Below the pieces are notes generated by a model. It was not told the DNA's origin. It worked only from the letters and a program-made list of their open reading frames with translations, and made no database searches. From a virus (Duplodnaviria > Caudoviricetes), in the IMG/VR virus record IMGVR_UViG_3300014169_000013, positions 1 through 37,096 of that record: DNA of 37,096 nt. The stretch is one strand, 5' to 3'. The position numbers and the translations under genes were made by a program. Shown here one piece after another: positions 17,834 through 27,814 of the stretch; positions within the stretch are counted from its first letter, which is position 1; each line of letters opens with the position of its first letter.

Positions 17834-20800
17834 TTGTGCCCACCGTAGTTTGCGCAGCCAACGGACGCCACGCCCGAGTTACGCCAATTATTGCCGTGAA
17901 TGCCGATAACGTCAAGCCCGCTCCAGCAGTAACGCCTTGAGTTGAATCATAAACTTCTTGAATAGAAACTTGAAAACTCTGACATTGTTGTTGAGCGGGT
18001 TGAACGCGCCATTGTTCCAAAACTGAAGCGCCACCGTAAGGCGATGTCTGGCCATAAAAAGCATCTGACCCATATGTCCCGGTATTGTTGATCGGCTGGA
18101 CTTCAGCTTGTTCGCTCAAGGGCCCAAAGTCATAGCCGAATTGAACATTGAGATTATGAGGCGTAATGAAGGAGCCCAAGAATTGAAGTTCTAAGAATCT
18201 CTGATAGCCTTGTAAGCCCTGTAGCTGAATCCAATTTGAAAGCGCATACATGTTAATCGGAGTTGAGACGTCAAGATATTTTCCAGGAGTTTCCTGCAAA
18301 ATTCTATCGTACTGATCAAGATAAGTGTGAAGGCCATTATATAGTGTGGCAGAAACGCCTGGAACATTGGTAAAAGTGCCCCATTGGTGAAAATAGTAAT
18401 CGTACATGAGGGCAATTCCAGTATTAAGAATAAATCTGACTTGAGTCGTTCCGGGGATTACTGTCGCAGCCGTTACCGTATTTCCTAAAACAAGACGTTC
18501 AACTGGCGCTCCGATGTAAAGCGGCTGCAAACTTCGAGACAAGAGCCATATCCCCTTATCTGATTGGAAAAGAATTCCCTCGTCAGTTTGGACAATGCTA
18601 TTTGGATTGTCGCAGCCAACAGTAGATGAAATGTAAATTGGCTGAGAATAGGTGGAGTTTGCGCCGGTATTATCGGGTCCTGCGCCATTCAAATAAAAGA
18701 GCCCATCTTGTTTAAAAACGATCAACTCTGTGTCCATTGGACAAAGAGCAGTTATGGGACCGGTTGATCCTTGGGCTCCAGACGTAGGGGCAACATAGTA
18801 GGTAAACAAGTCTGAAAATTCAACACCCGTTCCCTCAAGAACCTGTTTTGAATACCACATAGAATATGGGTCTTCATTGTCAACAATCCAAAGTCTGTCG
18901 TCAAACATGGCAGAAATTGAAAAAGATGGTGCTGCAATATCCTCGACAACTCCGCCGGTCGTATATATAAGACTGTTTCCAACAATGGCTGCGTCGTTTT
19001 GTGTATCTGTGATCGTGACATAATCAACCGCAGGATTGTTGAGCGTAGGGCTAGATACCGATGTCACCTCGTAATAATTCTGGTTGGCTGTTGACCACCT
19101 ATATAGTCTTAGTACTACTTTGTTGGTTGTCTTTCCTGTTAGGCGAAGCGTTGGGAAATAGATAGTATTGGTGCCCTGATCTATGGTTTTGAGGGTATCG
19201 CCTGACATCCCAGAAGCGCCAAGAGTTGGAAGATTTATGATGATCGAACTTGTGGCGGTAATTATTTCAACGATCTTTGTATTCGCCTGAAGATTGCCCG
19301 GAGTCGTCGTGTCTGTTATAGTCTGACCGACAAAAAGGCCAGTTAAACTACTTACAACAATTTCAACAGTCGAAGAACTAAAGGAGCCAGTGAATGAAAG
19401 CCCTGATCCAACCGCAACAATTACGGGAACTGGAACACCTGGAGCAGAGTATTGTGGGTTACCTTGCGCATCTGTCCAGTAGTAAATCCCCTGATAATAA
19501 TACTGCTGAGATGATAGCCCACCTCCAGAATTCGCTGTTGAGACTTCAATTGCATCGGGCCATAAGTGAAATTGATGTTCAACAGGCTTCACGCCATCAA
19601 ACATCCATGGATATCCAGCACCTAGATGAAGAATTCGACCGGTCTCGGCAGATGAAACTTGAGCGCCAAAAGTCCAAGTCGATAAATTTAGACCAGACTG
19701 GGTGTAAATCGGTGGTGCGCTCGCGCCCTGGGTGGAATTCGTTCCCACTGTCGCGCCTAGAGGTCCGGCTGGGTTTGCAATAGATGCCAGAAAATCCTTG
19801 AACAAATAACCGATTTGAAAAACCGTCTCGCCATTTACCGTCGAAACGTTTATCTGTGGCAAGATTTGATTGATGATGTAGCCGCCGCCGTTTGAATACG
19901 CTAGCTTTCCGATCACGGTTCCTGATGCATTGATAAGAAAATATGTCGGCTGATAAACGCTTGAATAACAGACAAGCATATAATTGACGCCATTCACAAG
20001 CGTCGCTTTGCTTGAAAGTCCAATACCCCGAAGGATTATTGCAGGCGTTCCAGCGGTTCCGCCAATCGTACAGGTATTTGTTGAAAGATAATCAGTCTCA
20101 AGAGTCGAATCGTAAGTGTAAGTATTGGCGACTTCATAAAAAACCGTCATCACTCCATTTGTGGCGGTCGATGTTAGCCCATTATTCAAAGTGATTGATG
20201 CGACAACCCCAGTAATTGCTAAAATCGGAGAAAGTGATGACGAATATGCGGCGGTCTTGATCGTGTTTGTGCTTGCTTTATAGAACGTGACCCAAAGTTG
20301 ACTGTTGACCGAATCAAAAGCTAGAGAAATAAGATCGGCTCCGGCAGATGTTAGGCTGACTGTTCCGCTTTGTACAAGAGTGTTGCTGAGAGATGCTAGT
20401 TTTATAACGCCAGAATCTTCCCATGCGAGATACAAAAGGCCTGCGTTAACATTTACGCTCAAGGCGTCATAAGCCGCCGAAATGCTAGTGATGGCCGTTG
20501 ATACTGTTGCGGGCGCGAAAGGACTTTTCGGATTTCCGAAGGGGATCGCTATGTATCTCAATGAGGCGTTACTAGAGACTGTAGCAAGATATGTGATTAT
20601 AAAATAATTGCCGACGACATTGACCCGAGACATCGTTGCGCCTACATCGGTTCCGGTTGTCAAAGAAACCGAGGGAACAATCGTCCCGCCAGTTGAAGAA
20701 TCTGTGATTTGATAATAGGAATTTCCATTGGAATCTAGCCACGTCTCACAGACAAGCCCGTTTGGCGCAACGGCAGCATCAACCGTCGTTTGAGATGTGG

Positions 20801-21119
20801 CAGAACGAACAAGAGGCAAAACGCTTAAGCCCATGGGCTGAAGAGGTCCTGTGTTTATGACTTGATTAGTATCTTCGGAATAGAGATTTAGCGAGGTTCC
20901 AAGAGAAACTAGATTTCCAAGATATGTTGTGATTGTTGCGGCATTGGGAATCGTCGTAATAAGCCCATAGCCGTTTCTTTTTGTTAGACGTTTCCCAACA
21001 GTAAAAACGCTATTCTCAAGAGCAAGCCAATTGCCCATTGAAATCTGCCAAGGATCGGTCTTTAGATCAACCCCTTGAGCAAAGTTTATAGTTATTGGCT
21101 GAGGAACAATGCCAGCCAT
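17820..21119 (-). CDS. Tail nozzle/stabilisation protein (P22 gp10 / tubular-B-like)
   Basis: About 1100 aa, beta-propeller-like motifs (DRLWI, WYSK, GCDNPNSI, FQSDKGIWLL). Confidence 0.75.
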   Translation of the reverse strand: MAGIVPQPITINFAQGVDLKTDPWQISMGNWLALENSVFTVGKRLTKRNGYGLITTIPNAATITTYLGNLVSLGTSLNLYSEDTNQVINTGPLQPMGLSVLPLVRSATSQTTVDAAVAPNGLVCETWLDSNGNSYYQITDSSTGGTIVPSVSLTTGTDVGATMSRVNVVGNYFIITYLATVSSNASLRYIAIPFGNPKSPFAPATVSTAITSISAAYDALSVNVNAGLLYLAWEDSGVIKLASLSNTLVQSGTVSLTSAGADLISLAFDSVNSQLWVTFYKASTNTIKTAAYSSSLSPILAITGVVASITLNNGLTSTATNGVMTVFYEVANTYTYDSTLETDYLSTNTCTIGGTAGTPAIILRGIGLSSKATLVNGVNYMLVCYSSVYQPTYFLINASGTVIGKLAYSNGGGYIINQILPQINVSTVNGETVFQIGYLFKDFLASIANPAGPLGATVGTNSTQGASAPPIYTQSGLNLSTWTFGAQVSSAETGRILHLGAGYPWMFDGVKPVEHQFHLWPDAIEVSTANSGGGLSSQQYYYQGIYYWTDAQGNPQYSAPGVPVPVIVAVGSGLSFTGSFSSSTVEIVVSSLTGLFVGQTITDTTTPGNLQANTKIVEIITATSSIIINLPTLGASGMSGDTLKTIDQGTNTIYFPTLRLTGKTTNKVVLRLYRWSTANQNYYEVTSVSSPTLNNPAVDYVTITDTQNDAAIVGNSLIYTTGGVVEDIAAPSFSISAMFDDRLWIVDNEDPYSMWYSKQVLEGTGVEFSDLFTYYVAPTSGAQGSTGPITALCPMDTELIVFKQDGLFYLNGAGPDNTGANSTYSQPIYISSTVGCDNPNSIVQTDEGILFQSDKGIWLLSRSLQPLYIGAPVERLVLGNTVTAATVIPGTTQVRFILNTGIALMYDYYFHQWGTFTNVPGVSATLYNGLHTYLDQYDRILQETPGKYLDVSTPINMYALSNWIQLQGLQGYQRFLELQFLGSFITPHNLNVQFGYDFGPLSEQAEVQPINNTGTYGSDAFYGQTSPYGGASVLEQWRVQPAQQQCQSFQVSIQEVYDSTQGVTAGAGLTLSAFTAIIGVTRAWRPLAAQTTVGTNGNR

Positions 21120-21120
21120 C

Positions 21121-22296
21121 TTATGGCTCGTAAGCAATCATTTTAGAATATTGAATACCAATGGAAGTAACCGAGGCACCCTCTGTAGCAATTAATATTT
21201 GATATACTTGCGTTCCAGCTGCAGGCGTATCAACGAATACACAAGATGATGATGGATAAATTACAAAGTTACCTACGCCAGTACTATTAGAAAGACGATG
21301 TTGCCCCACATATGCTGCGGTTGTTTGGTTATAACAATAAACTACTCCGCCAAGACCGCCCGATCCGGTTCCAGCCTGAATACATGCTGAATTGCCGCTT
21401 CCATCAGAGGTCATAGTTATTACTACCGGGCCACCAGTGGTTGTTATAGTAACCAAAAAATTAGTGGGTTGAGTTTGGCTGGTAGTTGAATTAAAAAATG
21501 AGCCACAGCTTCCGCTGATTGCCATTCCACCAGCCGAAACGGTTGATCCAGTTGCTCTTGGGACTAAATTATTTTTAGTTACGGTGCTTGTGGCTATTTG
21601 AGTGCCAGTAATGCCGCCAGTCGGAACTTGCAATGTATTGGATGAAATAACAATTGTTGAATTGTCTGGTTGAAGCGTTGCAGACATATTGCCCGACGAA
21701 TCCAGACGCATAATTCCTGTTGATCCAGGAACAAAAGGCAATTGGATGTTATATTGAGAAGAAATCCCAGAGGGGGGCCCAAGAACTACACCATAAGTCG
21801 TTGCGGCGACGTTGGGCCTAATTGTTATTGATCCGATATCAAAATTGGCAGGCGTGGTTGATCCAGCGCCCTGTTTCCAGGTAAATGTTCCGCCAGCATA
21901 GCTTTCGCCGGGTAAAGAAGCGATTGTCGCATTTACTTCACCTGCTTTTGTAAGAGCAATGACATTTCCAGCACCGTCATTGTAAAAAAGGTCAGTAATC
22001 CCGCCGCCCGATTGAGCATTTGTATAAAGAAAAGTTAGATTGCTGGAGGCTGCAGGAACAGAAAACTGAACGCCATAGACATTTGTGGCACTATTGTTTT
22101 GGAAAGTTAAATTCGTGTTGATATTCAATCCAGCAGGTGTGATCTGAACTCCCGAACCAGGACTGTGGTTATGCGAATCTATAATCGTGAATGACTCATT
22201 GTTGTCTGCGGCGTACTGAGGGCCAGGCTCAGGATTTGACGAGCCCGCAGGATTGGCTAAAACCAAAGACATATTAGGCGTTATCGTTGTTCCCAT
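21121..22296 (-). CDS. Tail fibre / tail structural protein
   Basis: TPNMSL..P, IDSHNHSPGSGV fibre-anchor motif; S/T/G-rich. Confidence 0.7.
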   Translation of the reverse strand: MGTTITPNMSLVLANPAGSSNPEPGPQYAADNNESFTIIDSHNHSPGSGVQITPAGLNINTNLTFQNNSATNVYGVQFSVPAASSNLTFLYTNAQSGGGITDLFYNDGAGNVIALTKAGEVNATIASLPGESYAGGTFTWKQGAGSTTPANFDIGSITIRPNVAATTYGVVLGPPSGISSQYNIQLPFVPGSTGIMRLDSSGNMSATLQPDNSTIVISSNTLQVPTGGITGTQIATSTVTKNNLVPRATGSTVSAGGMAISGSCGSFFNSTTSQTQPTNFLVTITTTGGPVVITMTSDGSGNSACIQAGTGSGGLGGVVYCYNQTTAAYVGQHRLSNSTGVGNFVIYPSSSCVFVDTPAAGTQVYQILIATEGASVTSIGIQYSKMIAYEP

Positions 22297-22593
22297 TTAA
22301 AATATCCAAAGTGACACAGTTACTTCGGCATCACTAGTTAAGGTTAATGTTTGAGTGTTCAGAGGCTTACTCCTGTAAATTGTGGCAGCGGCATTTTGGT
22401 CCACGACAAACCAGCCCATGAGACCTCGGCCCAAATAATGATTAAAAGTCGTTGATCCATTTATCAAATTCACGTTCGGTAAAATATTCCCTTGTAGTAA
22501 AACATTAAAAAGCGCTGGATTTATTTGCGATGCCCATTGCTTCTGCATGAGCATTAAATTCTGATCAGGACTTTGGAAAATCTTAACGGCCAT
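22297..22593 (-). CDS. Small tail protein
   Basis: NHYLGR...GW...VSLWIF; gene position. Confidence 0.65.
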   Translation of the reverse strand: MAVKIFQSPDQNLMLMQKQWASQINPALFNVLLQGNILPNVNLINGSTTFNHYLGRGLMGWFVVDQNAAATIYRSKPLNTQTLTLTSDAEVTVSLWIF

Positions 22594-22612
22594 CTATTTC
22601 AACTCTACGCCA

Positions 22613-23683
22613 TCAAATTCCATAACCGAAGCCTCCGCCTGATCCCCAACCGTTAAACATGCCCCCTCCAAAGTTTGGATCACCAACCATGGCTCTAGAA
22701 TTTGTCGCAGTATTAGGCGCGCCTACGTTACGATTCGCAGCTTCCGTTTCAATTCTTAAGAGTAACGCTTCTTTTCTTGCATCAAGCCTCGCCGCCTGAT
22801 CTGCGAATTGCTTTTTATCAAGAGACTTTGAAGCAACATCGACAACCACGTATTCATGCCAGCCAGAATAGCTAAATGGCATCATGTCTGTGTCTTGTAA
22901 GAGATCAAGAGCAAGAGGCACATACCAAAGTCTAAATGCTTGCCCAGTATTTAAGGGGATAACCGTGACGTTAGTTCCCATTTCTCGATATTGAAACTGA
23001 CAATATTGACCAGCGGTATAGTTTGCCGCAGCGCCAAGCAAGAGATTGTATTTGTCAAGATCGGCGGCATTGCATCTAGACATTGGGACCCATCCATTAG
23101 GATTGGTCACTTGAGCGCCGAAGCTATTCACTTCCATCTTGTGAACTTTAAAACAGGCCGCTGCGGGCGTTCCGTTAGGATTTGGAAGACCATTTATGTT
23201 CAAAAAGTTCTGGCCATTGGGTAAAGGATAAAACTGTTGACCAGCACTGTAGAAAACCTGAAGGGGTGCTAAGAAATAATCTTCGCCATACTTTTGTACT
23301 AGTAAGCCGTACAATTCCTTGGCTGATTGATTAATCTCAATATTCCATTCATCGTTAGTGACAAAATTGCTCTTGAGCATATCTGTGCGAAGTCTTGCTT
23401 GATATCTCAAATAACCGAGATTGATCTGGCCAGGGGCGCAAGGCGTTATTGAGTTTGGCTGGCTAGGCGTGTAGCCGCTACCTGCCGAGACCTGATAAAA
23501 ATAATTGGTCCCGATTGTAACGGATGAGTCTAGATACTGATTAGTTGTTGGGCTTGCAACAGTTGTCCAAGTTTGCCCGTCAGTACTTCGCTGAACCGTA
23601 TAGCTAGACGAGGGAATGAGGTTCCATGTTAATAGATTAACCCCATTCCCCGTCTGAAGAATTACATTCTGAACAACGGCCAT
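22613..23683 (-). CDS. Head-tail adaptor with N-terminal FN3-like domain
   Basis: YTVQRSTDG..YLD..YFYQV FN3 pattern; helical adaptor with GWHEYVV. Confidence 0.7.
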   Translation of the reverse strand: MAVVQNVILQTGNGVNLLTWNLIPSSSYTVQRSTDGQTWTTVASPTTNQYLDSSVTIGTNYFYQVSAGSGYTPSQPNSITPCAPGQINLGYLRYQARLRTDMLKSNFVTNDEWNIEINQSAKELYGLLVQKYGEDYFLAPLQVFYSAGQQFYPLPNGQNFLNINGLPNPNGTPAAACFKVHKMEVNSFGAQVTNPNGWVPMSRCNAADLDKYNLLLGAAANYTAGQYCQFQYREMGTNVTVIPLNTGQAFRLWYVPLALDLLQDTDMMPFSYSGWHEYVVVDVASKSLDKKQFADQAARLDARKEALLLRIETEAANRNVGAPNTATNSRAMVGDPNFGGGMFNGWGSGGGFGYGI

Positions 23684-23696
23684 TTAGACCTCTATT

Positions 23697-25274
23697 TTAC
23701 GGATATCGCGCCGTATTGTCAGAAGGCGACAGTTTCGCATCTACATAAAATGACATCCCAACCACCGAGTTATTGGCTGGGTTGGTCGGGACAAGAGTCG
23801 TTGTGCTGGAGTTTGTAGCGGCCAGGAATTGAACCAGAACCCATCCGCCGACATTTGCAGAAGCACCGCTTGCGATAGGAGCAATGGTCAAATTGGTATT
23901 TCCGATGACTTCAATTGAAGTGATCCCAGAAACCCCAGCGGCAACAACAGTTCCAGAAGAACCACCGCCAGTTGAAACTCCACTGCTAGTAGCGATAAAC
24001 GGAACGCCAACCGCAGGAGTTACACCATGTTTTACGCCGACACCCTGCCAGCAAGCGAGATTAGTATTGGTATTCACAAGAGCGAAAGTAAACCCAGTAG
24101 CAAACCCAGCAACAGCAGCTGAATATGCGATTGCAGTCGTTGAACCAGTTCCAGAAACGTATGTCAAAGTACCAGAGGCAGCCCCAGGCATTTGAGCGCC
24201 AGTCGTGTTAAGTGTCGTGCCACTAGAAAGATTGGCCGTAACGGTGTAGAGGTTGCCGAATCCATCAGTCCAAACCGAGTTAGCATTTGCCGAAGCGGTC
24301 GTAACCGTGAACACAATCGGAAGTTGAGCCGTATTGCTTTGGCTAATCGTGGTCGTTCCATCTTCAGGAATGCCAGCCAGCGGAGCAGCAAGAGTAGAGG
24401 TTGCCGTAAGGGTACTAGTTCCTCCACCAGAGGTCGTAAAGCTATCAACACCCTGAACGCCGGAAGGTAAAAGATTGATCGTCGAGCTAAGTGCGGTTGT
24501 AATATTCGCTGGCGTCGCATTCTCAGCAATAGTTTGTTGGACATATTGGAGACCGCGTTGTCCTACTTGAACTTGAGGGCCCAAGAAGGTCGGAGCTGAT
24601 CCGCCAACACCGGTTACATAGAACCAGATAACGAAGGTATTTCCGTAAGCATCAAAGAGCGTGAAGTAAGTTGAAGCCAAAGAACCGTTCACGTCAGCAA
24701 CAGGAGCGATAGTCGCCGATCCGTCAGGACCCGTGCCAACTGATGCGATCACGTAAGGCGTTCCAGGAGTCAAAGAGGTTGAATTAATGGCAATCGTTCC
24801 ACCGGTTGAAGGAGAAACAAAGCCAGAGAACCCGCCTAAATATCGGTTATAGTTAGAGGTCAAATGGATCAGAGCATAACCGGCACTCGGATTAGGACTT
24901 CCAGGGGCCTGATATGTGATTGATTCGCTAGTATGGTTACCGGTAGGCGTTGCGCTGATACTTACCGCAGAACTAGAAAGAATCGACGTGATCGTTGTCC
25001 CGGCAGGAATCCCAGTTCCTTGCACTTCCATTCCGGGCATAAGGGAACTGGTTCCACCAGCAATTGACGTGATTTGAGCTGCGGTAGTCGCAACGGTTCC
25101 GGTCAAAGATGCAGTCGTATACATATAGACCGCTTTGACGCCCTGGCCCTTTAAGGTTCTATTCCCGTAACCATTGCCGTTTGTAGAATCGACTGTGAAG
25201 TTACAATCAATGAGAACAGGTTGAGCCCCGAAGGAGTACAATCTTCCGCCGTTATTACCAATAGCATTTGCCAT
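23697..25274 (-). CDS. Virion structural protein (head decoration/fibre-like)
   Basis: Follows the capsid gene; T/S/G-rich; GAGG SD before MANAIG at 25274. Confidence 0.7.
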   Translation of the reverse strand: MANAIGNNGGRLYSFGAQPVLIDCNFTVDSTNGNGYGNRTLKGQGVKAVYMYTTASLTGTVATTAAQITSIAGGTSSLMPGMEVQGTGIPAGTTITSILSSSAVSISATPTGNHTSESITYQAPGSPNPSAGYALIHLTSNYNRYLGGFSGFVSPSTGGTIAINSTSLTPGTPYVIASVGTGPDGSATIAPVADVNGSLASTYFTLFDAYGNTFVIWFYVTGVGGSAPTFLGPQVQVGQRGLQYVQQTIAENATPANITTALSSTINLLPSGVQGVDSFTTSGGGTSTLTATSTLAAPLAGIPEDGTTTISQSNTAQLPIVFTVTTASANANSVWTDGFGNLYTVTANLSSGTTLNTTGAQMPGAASGTLTYVSGTGSTTAIAYSAAVAGFATGFTFALVNTNTNLACWQGVGVKHGVTPAVGVPFIATSSGVSTGGGSSGTVVAAGVSGITSIEVIGNTNLTIAPIASGASANVGGWVLVQFLAATNSSTTTLVPTNPANNSVVGMSFYVDAKLSPSDNTARYP

Positions 25275-25351
25275 GATTAGGACCTCTATCCCCGGTTTTG
25301 CAGCGCTTGAGTGTCGGGGCACTAGTCAAGCCGCTTGTAGGAAGGCCCTAC

Positions 25352-25374
25352 AATAGTGTAAGTTTGTTTCAGAA
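25352..25374 (-). promoter_or_regulatory. Late-gene motif copy 2: TTCTGAAACA-N6-CACTATT
   Basis: Same motif and spacing as the other two copies. Confidence 0.6.
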
Positions 25375-25378
25375 ATGC

Positions 25379-25452
25379 TGGCTTGTAGCATGAAGGTCAT
25401 GCAGACGGCTGTTAACCGTCAGTCGATGGTTCGATTCCATCCGAGCCAGCCA
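25379..25452 (+). tRNA. tRNA-Asn (GTT)
   Basis: Acceptor TGGCTTG/CGAGCCA, D stem GCAT/ATGC, anticodon arm GACGG-CTGTTAA-CCGTC, T arm GATGG-TTCGATT-CCATC, G discriminator plus CCA. Confidence 0.93.
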
Positions 25453-25455
25453 AAT

Positions 25456-25483
25456 AAAAACCCGGCCTTTTTTAAGGGCCGGG
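25456..25483 (-). terminator. Intrinsic terminator after the major capsid gene
   Basis: CCCGGCC/GGCCGGG stem followed by T5 on the minus strand. Confidence 0.8.
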
Positions 25484-25511
25484 AGAATAAACTCTCTGGG
25501 CGTTTTATTTT

Positions 25512-26861
25512 TTATTGAGGCAAGCTTACCACGGCATTAGCGCCAGGAGCATTGCAAGACAAATTCAAATAACCACCGACTCGAATCTCGACTGCGTCTT
25601 GCCCTGGAATGGGAAAGCCAAGCATGTCATAAAAGCCCGGGAAAGTTAAGAATTGAGGAATTTTCCCCAAACTTCTCAGTTTCCAAGTCTTCATCGTCAA
25701 GATGTACGCCGTTTGAGCAGGGCAGTTACGATCTTGAACGATAGAGATTTCACCGTTGGCGGTCGGTAATACCAGCGCCTTAAACGAGATTTCAACCTCC
25801 TCGTTCACTTTGGCTCTGATCATTTGGTATTGGCCTTGGCCCGTCAAATTCTTAACCAAGGTCTGATAAGAGACCGGGTTAATGAAAATAACGTCAGGGT
25901 CACCAGCTTCAGACGATTGTGCGGCCAATTGGTTAGTCGCATCAATCAAACAATCTTGAATCGATTCAGCGGTCCCAGCGAAACGAAGCCCAGCAAGTTT
26001 AGTCGGGCTTACGCTGCGGTTTTGAGTGAAGAAAGAGTCACTCGAGGCCGGAGCAGTCGAAGGAATCCAAGCGCCCAATCCTGCGATGCAGAGCATGTTG
26101 GCGCTATTCAATCCGTTGGTGACAAAGCTAGTGTCGCCAGCCCTGCTCAAATAAGGAAAGCTTGTGGACCAGCCGCTAGGCGTTCCAGCCGCACCTTGTT
26201 GAGTCGCGCTTACCGTCACAGTACCGGCACCAGTATCAACGGCGATGACATAACCGATGGCTGCACCAGTTGATTGGGTTGCAGTGCTTCCGCTTACCGA
26301 GAAGCTTGTCAAAGCCATGTTCACCGAGAACTGATAAACTTGACCGAGGTTGTCGAGGGTAATGACTCCGCTTGTGATCGAGCCAGACCCACCATTAGCG
26401 CCGTAAGAGCCGCGAGTACCAGAACCGTCGCTAAACATCTGGAATGCAATGTCATTGGCAGCCCCCATGTAAAGAGACTTAACGTTCATCTTCGCTGCAG
26501 GCATGAAGGCTCCGATATTTTGAGCCGATGCACGCAAGAATTGGTTCTGGATAGAGCCAACGCGGTAAACGTTAACTGTGGTCAAAAGGAAAGACGCAGT
26601 GGCCGGCGCAGTTTGATAGGTCTGCGCGGTTCCGAGGTTCGCAGAACCCCCACCACCAACATCATAGAGCACGGGAATCGGAAAGTTCAATCCGCCCAAG
26701 CCCATTTCCGTTTCATCTTTGTCGCACATCGACAAGAAACGGTTTTTGTTAAACACAAGGTCTTTCATGACCCATGCGTCATCAGAATAAAGCTGCTTTA
26801 AGACCTGCAAGTTATCCTGACTATTTGAATATGCAATCGCTGGATTCGCGGGAGTACCCAT
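25512..26861 (-). CDS. Major capsid protein
   Basis: 449 aa, after the scaffold gene and before a terminator; LKQLY..PIP..DRNCP..APGAN pattern. Confidence 0.88.
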   Translation of the reverse strand: MGTPANPAIAYSNSQDNLQVLKQLYSDDAWVMKDLVFNKNRFLSMCDKDETEMGLGGLNFPIPVLYDVGGGGSANLGTAQTYQTAPATASFLLTTVNVYRVGSIQNQFLRASAQNIGAFMPAAKMNVKSLYMGAANDIAFQMFSDGSGTRGSYGANGGSGSITSGVITLDNLGQVYQFSVNMALTSFSVSGSTATQSTGAAIGYVIAVDTGAGTVTVSATQQGAAGTPSGWSTSFPYLSRAGDTSFVTNGLNSANMLCIAGLGAWIPSTAPASSDSFFTQNRSVSPTKLAGLRFAGTAESIQDCLIDATNQLAAQSSEAGDPDVIFINPVSYQTLVKNLTGQGQYQMIRAKVNEEVEISFKALVLPTANGEISIVQDRNCPAQTAYILTMKTWKLRSLGKIPQFLTFPGFYDMLGFPIPGQDAVEIRVGGYLNLSCNAPGANAVVSLPQ

Positions 26862-26864
26862 ATA

Positions 26865-27794
26865 TTATCCTTGTTTAGCGGCCTGCACCCTTCGGATCGC
26901 TTCAGCGATCTGTTCAGATTCTGACAAAAGGTGAAAAGGCTTAGGCTTCACGACTGTTGAAGTCGGAGCCATGTTTTGTGTTAGAGTTTTTGATTCAGTC
27001 TTCGGAGCGCCTAACACTTTCTTCTCCGTTACTGGTTTAGCTTCGTCATCAAGAATCGTTTTCCATTTCTGGGCACGTTCTGTCAGAGCGTCAGATATTT
27101 CTTTTGCGGCTTGTTCGACCGTGAGCTCGGTCCCGTCTTCTTCGAATGAATCGTTTATGTGCTGAAGGACCGTGTCGTAAGCTTCCATCTTTTTAACGGC
27201 CGCAAACTCAGGCTTTTCAGCAACTACTCGTTGAATCTCAGCCTTCCAAAGTGCTTGGTTGGCCTCGTATTCCTTAACTTCCTTTTCTTCTAAGGTCTTT
27301 CTAAGCTTGACCTGTTCTTCTCGAAGCTGGCGAAGTTCCTCTTTTGTAGGGTCTTTTGCCGCCTCTTTATTGAGCTCATGTTTCACAATTTCTTCATAGG
27401 CCACGCCTAATTCATCAAGCCCCGAATAATCTTTTGCTTTTATTTTTTCTTTAAGCTTATGAAATGAGTCAGCATCCGCCATTTTCTCAGCGAAGGTCCG
27501 CTCTTTTTCTTGAATGGCTTTCTCTCTTGCGCGCTGGGCCGCTTCTTTTCTAGCGATGGCCGACACTTTGGGAGATAACTGGATTTCGCCAGGCGGTACT
27601 TCGGCAACGGGTGCCGTCGCGGGAGTTGTAGTTTCCGCTACTGGGTTCTCTGGTATTACGCGTTGAGAGCCCGTAATGGTAGTTGTTCCTTTTGGATCAA
27701 AGCCTTGAAACTCTTTAACGGGAAGATCGAATTGATTAGGCTGATTGGTTTGAGTCCCTACGGGCATAGGCATAGCTTCTGTTGTAAATGGCAT
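26865..27794 (-). CDS. Capsid scaffolding protein
   Basis: Charged coiled-coil protein between portal and capsid; AAGGAG SD. Confidence 0.75.
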   Translation of the reverse strand: MPFTTEAMPMPVGTQTNQPNQFDLPVKEFQGFDPKGTTTITGSQRVIPENPVAETTTPATAPVAEVPPGEIQLSPKVSAIARKEAAQRAREKAIQEKERTFAEKMADADSFHKLKEKIKAKDYSGLDELGVAYEEIVKHELNKEAAKDPTKEELRQLREEQVKLRKTLEEKEVKEYEANQALWKAEIQRVVAEKPEFAAVKKMEAYDTVLQHINDSFEEDGTELTVEQAAKEISDALTERAQKWKTILDDEAKPVTEKKVLGAPKTESKTLTQNMAPTSTVVKPKPFHLLSESEQIAEAIRRVQAAKQG

Positions 27795-27814
27795 AATTTT
27801 TTCTCCTTAGTTAA

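Noticed and set aside
25824-26801. Long antisense ORFs (149 and 175 aa) inside the capsid gene
   Set aside because: Fully nested antisense, atypical composition, no SD
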